Source: a virus
Lineage: Duplodnaviria; Caudoviricetes
Virus record (IMG/VR): IMGVR_UViG_3300031197_000008
Location: 1 to 31,411 of that record
Reading direction: 5' to 3' (one strand)
Length of the DNA: 31,411 bases
In this document: piece by piece, positions 1 through 7,085 of the stretch
Layout: every line of letters begins with the position of its first letter
Position numbering within the stretch: position 1 is the stretch's first letter
The notes under the pieces: generated by a model
Databases searched by the model: none
What the model was told of the DNA's origin: nothing
What the model saw: the letters and a program-made list of their open reading frames with translations, nothing else
Translations under genes and position numbers: made by a program

Positions 1-1076
1 CGCGGATTGATGAGCGTGTTCGTATGGAGCGTCGCATTGTAAATCGTCGAATCGAAAATCGCCGGTGAATTGATAATCCCGTTATACCAGGTGCCATTGG
101 TTGTCAGACCGAATACACCAGAGTATGTCGATTCAGAAATCGTCGCGCCCTTAATGACCGTGTTGGTAATCTGCGCGAATTCGTTCGTGCCCGTGAACAC
201 GTTCGCCCAAGTCAGGCCGGCGAATTTATTGCTCGCCGCGCCGAGCGTGAGCAAGTTGTGATTCAGCGGAGTGAACGCCGGCAGCGGATGCAATGGCGCA
301 TTCGTCGCGCTGACATCCCACAGCGAAGGATTTCCGAATTGATCCGGCGCGATAGCCACAAGTTGATCCCCTCCGAAGCCCGCCGCTTCGTGAAAGTAAA
401 TGCCATTGAAATTCGTGGGGTCAATCTCGGTAGAGTTGGAATAGTAGAGCTTCACACCCTTTGCCAGAGCGTTGGAGAGCGTGCCGGCGATTTGATTGGA
501 TGCGTTCGTGAATCGTTTGATGCCGGCAATGGTTTGCGCGTTCGTCAGGCCAACGAGATTCGCTGCGAACGTCGCCGCTTCATTCATTGCGTTCGTCGAA
601 TAATCCTGAAGCGCCGTAGTGAGCAGGCTGAAATTGTTCGTCCTCACGCTCGCCGTTTCACCGCTGCCAGGAACGCGAATAGCAATCAGGCTGGTAACGG
701 TTTGCGTCGAGTAAGACACCGAAGCCCAGTTGCCGGAGAAGGAAACCGTCATGGCTTGATCCACTGTCCCGATGTATTGGATCGTATTCGTCGCCTGAAG
801 ATTGATCGTCACCGGGCCGGCGAACGGCGAGATGAGCGAGTGAATGAAGAGATTCGTCGTCACTCCGCCGATGGTTGAATTCGTAAGAATCTGCGTCGCC
901 GGAGTGATCACCACGTTCGTCCAAGTGCGCGTTGAGCCATTCAAAACGAATGTCATTCCATTCGTCGTCGGTGCGTTCGTAATCGTGACGGTTGCCGTGA
1001 TTCTGCTGGCCGCGTTGATAACGCCGCCTGCCAGCAAACAAACAACCGCCACGAAGAGGTAAAAAAACGTTTTCAT
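1..1076 (-). CDS. Tail-fibre/spike-like protein with N-terminal signal-peptide-like segment (3' truncated by window)
   Basis: Not in the ORF track. Translated by hand from ATG 1076 and open to the window edge: MKTFFYLFVAVVCLLAGGVINAASRITATVTITNAPTTNG... Contains fibre-type motifs QTIAGIKRF and ANVFTGTNEF and is Thr/Asn-rich. Confidence 0.75.
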   Translation of the reverse strand, partial: MKTFFYLFVAVVCLLAGGVINAASRITATVTITNAPTTNGMTFVLNGSTRTWTNVVITPATQILTNSTIGGVTTNLFIHSLISPFAGPVTINLQATNTIQYIGTVDQAMTVSFSGNWASVSYSTQTVTSLIAIRVPGSGETASVRTNNFSLLTTALQDYSTNAMNEAATFAANLVGLTNAQTIAGIKRFTNASNQIAGTLSNALAKGVKLYYSNSTEIDPTNFNGIYFHEAAGFGGDQLVAIAPDQFGNPSLWDVSATNAPLHPLPAFTPLNHNLLTLGAASNKFAGLTWANVFTGTNEFAQITNTVIKGATISESTYSGVFGLTTNGTWYNGIINSPAIFDSTIYNATLHTNTLINP

Positions 1077-1077
1077 T

Positions 1078-1731
1078 TTAAATCATCACCATATCGTCTT
1101 GAGCCGAACCATCATCGCGGGCGCCCAGAATTCTCTGAGCGGCTGAAAGCTCGCTGGTCAAGGTGATGGTTGCGCCGGGCGGATTGTTCGTGAACCTCAC
1201 AAACTGATTCATCAGTGCCAGAATTTCGGCAGATGTCATAAACTGATTCGCCGGCACCGGCACTGCATCGTTGCCCACTGGCCCGATGACGACGGCGTAA
1301 AGCGTGATTGGCTTTTGAAACACGACGCGCGCAATGCCGTCCTCCGCCATGCGAATTTCAAAATAAGTCGGGAACGTGTCCGCCGTTGCCAGCGCGGTGT
1401 TAATCTCAGTCGTGTTGAGGTCAAGGATCGCACTCAGATAACCCGTGCTCCCGCCAGGATCGTAAACCTTCGACCAAGTATATTGCTTTGCGAGTGTCGC
1501 TTCAGCCCCGGCACGCGGCCCGATGGCAATTTGCAATGAGATCGGATCAATCGGCACCTTCGTGAAGAACGGCGCATAGGGAGTGTTTTTTGAACGGACA
1601 GGCGTGAACTTGATCGGCAACTGCGACCCCTGATAAAACCCTTGAAACTCATAAGCCTCCTGTGAATTGAGACTTCGCACCAAGCGGTTGTTGTCAACGT
1701 CACAAAAGAGTTCAAGAGTAGCGCCAGCCAT
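1078..1731 (-). CDS. Tail tip/baseplate-associated protein (BppU-like position)
   Basis: 217 aa beta-rich ORF between post-tape-measure gene and fibre gene, preceded by the GTTGACT motif. Function inferred from synteny. Confidence 0.55.
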   Translation of the reverse strand: MAGATLELFCDVDNNRLVRSLNSQEAYEFQGFYQGSQLPIKFTPVRSKNTPYAPFFTKVPIDPISLQIAIGPRAGAEATLAKQYTWSKVYDPGGSTGYLSAILDLNTTEINTALATADTFPTYFEIRMAEDGIARVVFQKPITLYAVVIGPVGNDAVPVPANQFMTSAEILALMNQFVRFTNNPPGATITLTSELSAAQRILGARDDGSAQDDMVMI

Positions 1732-1746
1732 TTGATTCGTGGGTTA

Positions 1747-1753
1747 AGTCAAC
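1747..1753 (-). promoter_or_regulatory. GTTGACT late-gene upstream motif
   Basis: 15 nt before ATG 1731. Confidence 0.7.
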
Positions 1754-2572
1754 TCAGACATTGTAGGGAGAATGGAAATAGAAGGACGTTGACCAAGCGG
1801 CAAAGACGAAATCAAAACTCGTTTCCACCTTAGTCGCTCCGTAAGTGAACGTGGAAACCTCGCCACGACTGCGCCAACCCCATTTGGTTCCGACCGGAGT
1901 TGCTCCGGGAAACGTCGGCACCGCCGGAAGAAACCGGATGAGGCCGGCGGGCACTCCATATTGCGTGCCCAGGCTTGCGGCGGAATAAACGTAATCACCC
2001 GCCTCGATGACCCGGCGTTGCGTGAGATACCAATTCACGGATGCGAAGTAGCGGCCTTGCAGCACGAATCGTTTCGTTTCAAATGCCTCGACGCCCCGCG
2101 CCAGTTCGCGATAGACCACGGCAGAGTAAGGGAATTTAACTTTATTGATCGGATTCGCCGTGCCGGCTTTGACTGCATCCTCGATGTCCTTCTTGTATTG
2201 AGCCGGGTTCTTGTATTGAGCCGGGTCGATGTAACGATCAGCCTCTTCTTGAATTGCAAAGGCTGAGAAAATCGAAAGCTGAACCATCTCCGTTCGCACT
2301 TCCCATTTGATGTCGGGAGCGGATTCCGTTTGCCCATCCACCAACTCAGGATTCGCAAACGTCGCCTGCAATCGCCATTCCGGGGAACCTTCCTGTTGAC
2401 CCGTGCGCGTGCGCGCGCCGAGCACTCGGTAAGCCGCTGCGACTGAGAGAATGGATTCTTCAAGGCCAACCCAGTTCTCGATTATTGTATCACCGAGTTG
2501 CGGATCAAATCCAAACTCGCGCGAAACACGCCGGGCATTCGTCGTTCCTGCAACTGTGAGGCCGGGTGTCAT
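1754..2572 (-). CDS. Tail protein following tape measure
   Basis: 272 aa; start overlaps the tape-measure stop (ATGA). Function from position only. Confidence 0.6.
   Translation of the reverse strand: MTPGLTVAGTTNARRVSREFGFDPQLGDTIIENWVGLEESILSVAAAYRVLGARTRTGQQEGSPEWRLQATFANPELVDGQTESAPDIKWEVRTEMVQLSIFSAFAIQEEADRYIDPAQYKNPAQYKKDIEDAVKAGTANPINKVKFPYSAVVYRELARGVEAFETKRFVLQGRYFASVNWYLTQRRVIEAGDYVYSAASLGTQYGVPAGLIRFLPAVPTFPGATPVGTKWGWRSRGEVSTFTYGATKVETSFDFVFAAWSTSFYFHSPYNV
2191..2226. repeat. Perfect 18-bp tandem duplication inside CDS
   Basis: TCTTGTATTGAGCCGGGT twice; encodes DPAQYK-NPAQYK on the minus strand. Confidence 0.9.
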
Positions 2573-3561
2573 TCGATGGATTCTCCCGTGTCACTGCTCA
2601 TCTTGTTTTCGATGGCCTTCGTGTTCTTCGCCGTGTCTTCCGTCGCGCGCACCAGCTTATCTTGAAAGCTCGTGATGCCGATGTCCCCGCGTTGCGCGAA
2701 GCCGCCGATTTTGTTCAGCGGATCAAAGGAACGAATCTGCATCGTGCGTTCCAAGTGTTGTTCACGCGCAGATTTCCCAGGCAGAATGGGAACGAATGGT
2801 GGAGCGCCCTTTAACGCGGCGGGTGACTTCAAACCAGAGGACTGCGGAATGCCGAGCTTGGCATAATATTCGAGAGGCGTGAAAAAGAAGGTGTCGAACA
2901 AATTCGCAAATCGTTTCGCGAAAAATCCCATTGTTCCCCTGCCAGATTCTTTTACAACGTCCGAAGTCTTGTCCAAAATATCGACCGTTTGATCCGACAT
3001 CTTTCCCGGCGCTTCCGACATATCGGAAAGTGCACGCCCCAGCTTCGGGCCGCCGCGTCCAAAAATGTCACGCAACCTTGTCCGCGTGGCATCCGTCATT
3101 CCGCCGCGCGTCTTATTGCCGATTTGCATCATTAAATCGAACGACGATTTGCCGCCGAGATTGATTACGTCTTTGACTGACAAACCGAGATCGTAAAAAG
3201 TCTTTTGCAGCTCGATGTTGCCTTGCGCGGCCTCTTTGCGCTTTGCGGACATGATGTCCATTGCGGTTGCAAAATTCCCAAACTCCAAACCCGCCCGTTT
3301 CATCGCCGCCTCCACGTCCTGCACCTGGCCGGGAGTCATGTCGAATTGCTCCGACAAATCTTTGACATGGCTGCCGAGTTCAATCGTGCGGCGGGTGAAT
3401 TCCAGGATTGCTCCCACGCCGAAGGCGGCGGCGAGCGTTCCCTTGATGTGCCCGGAAATGTGATTCCCTAACTGCGTCGCCGTCCCTTCCGCCTGCTTCA
3501 TCTTCAGGTTGAACTCGGTCGTATCCGCGCCCAGGCGGGCGATGAGGCTCAGGAAACCCAT
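2569..3561 (-). CDS. Tape measure protein (short)
   Basis: 330 aa, helical and Ala/Gly-rich, with typical N-terminus LIARLGADTTEF; follows tube and chaperone genes. Confidence 0.75.
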   Translation of the reverse strand: MGFLSLIARLGADTTEFNLKMKQAEGTATQLGNHISGHIKGTLAAAFGVGAILEFTRRTIELGSHVKDLSEQFDMTPGQVQDVEAAMKRAGLEFGNFATAMDIMSAKRKEAAQGNIELQKTFYDLGLSVKDVINLGGKSSFDLMMQIGNKTRGGMTDATRTRLRDIFGRGGPKLGRALSDMSEAPGKMSDQTVDILDKTSDVVKESGRGTMGFFAKRFANLFDTFFFTPLEYYAKLGIPQSSGLKSPAALKGAPPFVPILPGKSAREQHLERTMQIRSFDPLNKIGGFAQRGDIGITSFQDKLVRATEDTAKNTKAIENKMSSDTGESIE

Positions 3562-3562
3562 G

Positions 3563-4123
3563 TCAGTTTTCCTCCGGTTTCATCGCGCGGGCCAGCGCGA
3601 ACATTTCCGAGAACTGTCCGCCGTCCAGTTCCATCTTCCCTTCCATTTCGGAGCGCGAACAATAAAGCGCGTGCGCCGTGGCCATCGGGAAATCGAGCGC
3701 TTGCTCGACCGTCAGATGAAACTCGCTCATTAAAATCGCGAGCATCCGCATGGCGGACGGCGAGTAGAGTTCCTTCGTTCCACGCGGAACAATAGGATCG
3801 GGAAACCACCGGCCCGCCTCGCGATAGGCCACGAACTTTTTCATTTCACCGAGCACGTCCGGTTTCCAGAGCAGCAAGCGCCAGAGCTTGAGGAAGATTT
3901 TCGTCTGCCAATTGATCGTGTTCCACCAATCGAATCGAAACGGCTGCGAACAAATCAGGGCGGCCAAAAGCAAATCGGGAATGTCCGCCGGTTCATCGTT
4001 TACGAAGGGAGAAGCGAACCGGCGCAGGAGCAATTCATGCCCGATGGAATATGGCCGCAGTTTGAGTTTGAGACAGACGGTCGGCGGATCAGGCAGCGCC
4101 GCTTGGAGCCACGCGGCATTCAT
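3563..4123 (-). CDS. Tail assembly chaperone (putative)
   Basis: 186 aa ORF between the putative tube gene and the tape measure. Confidence 0.55.
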   Translation of the reverse strand: MNAAWLQAALPDPPTVCLKLKLRPYSIGHELLLRRFASPFVNDEPADIPDLLLAALICSQPFRFDWWNTINWQTKIFLKLWRLLLWKPDVLGEMKKFVAYREAGRWFPDPIVPRGTKELYSPSAMRMLAILMSEFHLTVEQALDFPMATAHALYCSRSEMEGKMELDGGQFSEMFALARAMKPEEN

Positions 4124-4128
4124 GGGGA

Positions 4129-4581
4129 TTAGCTGCTGATGACGGCCAGCCCGCCAAATGTTCCCGCCGTGGTGGTTTCCTGCGCTTCAAGTTGTATGCC
4201 GCAAATCACTTCACCTTCGCGCGTGGCTTTCACCGATGCCCCGCCCATGTAATTGTAAGTTCCGTTGAACGCCGTTATTGTGAAACCCGCGAGCGTAATC
4301 ACCGCGAGGGGCGCGAGGGCCAGCATGGAAGTCACGATGGCTTCCGCTGCGGTTCGGGTCGCGCCAGAAGGAAGGAAGTTAATGGTCAGCCGTCGATTAC
4401 GGTCAAAGGCAACAATCGTGTCGGTGAGCACGCCGGCAGAGTTCGTATATTTGCGCGATTGGAAATTATCATCGAGGCCGACATCATCGAGTTTGAAGGT
4501 TGCTATTCCAGTGATCGAAACCGATCCACTGATGCCGTGAATAACGGCGGTGCCGACTTGGACATCTGCTGTAGTTGCCAT
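4129..4581 (-). CDS. Tail tube (major tail) protein, putative
   Basis: 150 aa, Thr/Gly/Ala-rich beta pattern, canonical position, preceded by the GTTGACT motif. Confidence 0.65.
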   Translation of the reverse strand: MATTADVQVGTAVIHGISGSVSITGIATFKLDDVGLDDNFQSRKYTNSAGVLTDTIVAFDRNRRLTINFLPSGATRTAAEAIVTSMLALAPLAVITLAGFTITAFNGTYNYMGGASVKATREGEVICGIQLEAQETTTAGTFGGLAVISS

Positions 4582-4596
4582 TTGATTTGGCCGCTA

Positions 4597-4603
4597 AGTC
4601 AAC
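4597..4603 (-). promoter_or_regulatory. GTTGACT late-gene upstream motif
   Basis: 15 nt before ATG 4581. Confidence 0.7.
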
Positions 4604-4606
4604 GCC

Positions 4607-5101
4607 TCAAGCGATGTCCGAGCCGATGCAATCAATCTCCAAACTCAAATGGCTCACCCATTTGCGGCCTTCCAGCGTGTAAGATTGATCCCGCACGATC
4701 ACGAAAAGCGCAGTGAAACCGGCGAGAGAATCAGAGAGGTCTGCTGCAATCGTGGCCGTCATAAACCAGCCGGTGACGACGCCCTCACGCTCGCCGTGAT
4801 CGTCCTCGGTCGTGTCGTCCGCGTTGGACTCAATCAGGATTTCCGCGAAGGCTTTCCAGTTGCCGCCGGGCGGATGCGATTGCTCTGCCCGATTGCAATC
4901 GCAAACGACACACGGCAGCTTGACCCCTTGCTCCTCGGTTTCTTCATCCAGCGACGCGCTGTCCGTGGTGGTGGTAGCGGCCGCTTTCCCGCGCGAGATG
5001 CCCCGGAAGATGTTGATGGCGGGAATACCGCCCAGGTCCTTGTCGGCCAGATAAGCGGCGAGCGCCTTCTGGACTTTGATTTTGATGTTGTTGGCCGGCA
5101 T
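4607..5101 (-). CDS. Tail terminator/completion protein, putative
   Basis: 164 aa acidic ORF immediately upstream of the tube gene, with an LPCVV segment typical of terminator-like proteins. Confidence 0.55.
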   Translation of the reverse strand: MPANNIKIKVQKALAAYLADKDLGGIPAINIFRGISRGKAAATTTTDSASLDEETEEQGVKLPCVVCDCNRAEQSHPPGGNWKAFAEILIESNADDTTEDDHGEREGVVTGWFMTATIAADLSDSLAGFTALFVIVRDQSYTLEGRKWVSHLSLEIDCIGSDIA

Positions 5102-5114
5102 GAACCAGCCAACC

Positions 5115-5121
5115 AGTCAAC
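5115..5121 (-). promoter_or_regulatory. GTTGACT late-gene upstream motif
   Basis: 13 nt before ATG 5101. Confidence 0.65.
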
Positions 5122-5389
5122 GAAACCGATAACTCCGATATGCTGGCCGCAAACCTTTTACCGTCACGACGGATTCAGCACTCCGCTTTCGGTTGGACTT
5201 CAACCGCTCAATCGCCGCCAGCAATTGCGGCAGGTCGCTGCCATCACAACCGAGCGCATCCCGGAGTTGCTTGAAATCGTGCGCGTGTCGGTCGAGTAAT
5301 TTGTTCGCCGCAGCGAGTTGCTGCTCAAGGCTTCTCATTTCACCTTTTGAATCCGGTTTGTCCGCCCCCGGAAAATATTTATCGTTCAT
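5117..5389 (-). CDS. Hypothetical protein
   Basis: 90 aa helical ORF; ATGA overlap with the upstream gene. Confidence 0.6.
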   Translation of the reverse strand: MNDKYFPGADKPDSKGEMRSLEQQLAAANKLLDRHAHDFKQLRDALGCDGSDLPQLLAAIERLKSNRKRSAESVVTVKGLRPAYRSYRFR

Positions 5390-6168
5390 CGCACTGCGTA
5401 AACTCTGAACTTTTTAGCGGCACTGGCCTTATCGAATTCTGCCTGGATATTCAAACCGAGGTGACGTTTCATTTCGATGATTTCCGAGTTGATTGCTTTC
5501 TGCAAAGCGAACTGATACCTGGAAGCCACGGCGGCGCGTTGGGAAGAATGAACCGGAATGCCCAAGTTGAATTCGGCTGCTGGAAAGGCACCGGGCCTCG
5601 CGATCTTGAAAAGCTTTTGGATTCGGCTGCCCGGCAGAATCGAAACTTTTCCTGCGCCGAATACTTGTGCCTTGTGTTGGAGATCAATCACCGCCGCATT
5701 GTGTTGCGTAAATTTTTCATAAATCGAAAAACGGCGCATCACATGCACAAGCGCAGCCTTCATAAAACCGACGCGCGCGAGTCTTGTGCGAACGAATTTG
5801 GCTGCCGCGTCATACATCGCTCGACCGTAAAGCCCTTTTTTTCCCAGCCGCCCGCGAATGGCGTTGATGATGAGATGACGCGCCTGAAGATTCAGGTTCA
5901 CCCGTTTGCGGCGTGTCCCGCGCTTGCCGGTTTTCTTGTTGCGATAAAATGCAGGGTTGTTGATGTCATGAAGGTCTAGCAATTCCCCTCGTATTCGATT
6001 GCGCTCCGCTTGCGGGTCTTGCGGATCAAGATTCACGTAGGTCCGCGCTGCCACGTAGAACATTCGCGAATTGAGTGTGCGCTCAATCGTCCGGGAACTG
6101 TTTGCCACCGTTTGCCGCAATCCGGCGGTGAATTCCGGCAAACCTTCCAGGCGTAAAGTAATGGCCAT
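5386..6168 (-). CDS. Neck/tail-completion protein (HK97 gp10-like position)
   Basis: 260 aa basic protein starting MAITLRLEGLPEF, located after the head-closure gene. Confidence 0.55.
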   Translation of the reverse strand: MAITLRLEGLPEFTAGLRQTVANSSRTIERTLNSRMFYVAARTYVNLDPQDPQAERNRIRGELLDLHDINNPAFYRNKKTGKRGTRRKRVNLNLQARHLIINAIRGRLGKKGLYGRAMYDAAAKFVRTRLARVGFMKAALVHVMRRFSIYEKFTQHNAAVIDLQHKAQVFGAGKVSILPGSRIQKLFKIARPGAFPAAEFNLGIPVHSSQRAAVASRYQFALQKAINSEIIEMKRHLGLNIQAEFDKASAAKKFRVYAVR

Positions 6169-6171
6169 GCG

Positions 6172-6561
6172 TCAATGCTCCGGGTCGATCAAATCAATTT
6201 GCCAATGCGCGTTGCCCACCGGCTCAGTCACGGCGCCGACTCGATAGCGCCGGTTCTTGTGCGTGACAATCTTGCCAGCGCTCGGCGGAAAATCTTGATC
6301 GGTTGTGATGAGGCTTGAGTCCACCGTCACTTCGTCGCTGTCCACCGTCAACCGTTCAGGCAACACGTCCTTGCGCACGATCAAAGTGGCAACAATCATA
6401 ACCTCGAATCCGCCGACGGCGATGGCGGTTCCCCGTCGCAGCCCGCTGACGATGCAAGGATACGTCTGGCCGCGCCAATCGAACGTTGGCGCACCGGCTG
6501 CCCCGCCGAAAACATTCTCGCACGTTCGCAAACCGTGTTGAATCAATCCTTGAAAGCTCAT
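6172..6561 (-). CDS. Head closure / head-tail joining protein (gpFII-like)
   Basis: Start moved to ATG 6561 (ATGA overlap), 129 aa. C-terminus PSAGKIVTHKNRRYRVGAV fits the beta-barrel stopper pattern. Confidence 0.6.
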   Translation of the reverse strand: MSFQGLIQHGLRTCENVFGGAAGAPTFDWRGQTYPCIVSGLRRGTAIAVGGFEVMIVATLIVRKDVLPERLTVDSDEVTVDSSLITTDQDFPPSAGKIVTHKNRRYRVGAVTEPVGNAHWQIDLIDPEH

Positions 6562-7061
6562 TCGACGACGAGTTGAAAATGATTCGTATCGAGTGCCGCA
6601 TTCGCCGAGCCGGCGCTTAGGTTCGTAAACCACCACACCGCCCCGGCATTCAACCAGCCGATCAGTTGCACCGTGTTCGTGGAGGCTGGCCCGTAACTGC
6701 GCACCGGCCCGAAGCGGTTCGTCTGCGTGGTGGTCGTCACCACCAGTTCCACTTCCGCCGCGTCGGCGGCCGTATTGGTAAGGATGACACCCGCCGACAC
6801 GCGGGCGCGTCTCAGCCCATTCGTGAACTTGGTATTGAGCGCAACCGTCGTGTCGTTGGTGATCATCGTAAACGCCGCGTTGGTAAACAAGTTGTTGAAA
6901 TTCGTCTGCGTCTTTTGCATAGCCAGCCGCAGCGAATCGCCTGTGCCGTCATTGGCCGTGGTGCCCACGTTGATGTTGAGTTGCGCGGAATGGATGATTA
7001 ACCACATTGAGCCAAAGATGAATGCGCTCAATCCGATGAACCATTTAATCATAATTTTCAT
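6558..7061 (-). CDS. Structural protein with T4 gp9/gp10-like N-terminal motif and a hydrophobic leader
   Basis: INVGTTANDGTGDSLRLAMQKTQTNF motif directly after a hydrophobic N-terminal segment. Confidence 0.7.
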   Translation of the reverse strand: MKIMIKWFIGLSAFIFGSMWLIIHSAQLNINVGTTANDGTGDSLRLAMQKTQTNFNNLFTNAAFTMITNDTTVALNTKFTNGLRRARVSAGVILTNTAADAAEVELVVTTTTQTNRFGPVRSYGPASTNTVQLIGWLNAGAVWWFTNLSAGSANAALDTNHFQLVVE

Positions 7062-7077
7062 TTCAACTCGTGGGTTG

Positions 7078-7084
7078 AGTCAAC
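7078..7084 (-). promoter_or_regulatory. GTTGACT late-gene upstream motif
   Basis: 16 nt before ATG 7061. Confidence 0.7.
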
Positions 7085-7085
7085 T

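Noticed and set aside
258-1062. ORF-track calls at the left edge
   Set aside because: Better explained by one minus-strand gene from 1076 that runs off the window and was therefore missed by the track.
2191-2226. 18-bp duplication as a diversity or phase-variation signal
   Set aside because: A single in-frame duplication with no reverse transcriptase or template repeat in the window.
3549-4123. Programmed frameshift in the tail chaperone
   Set aside because: A single ORF already fills the space up to the tape measure and I saw no convincing slippery heptamer.
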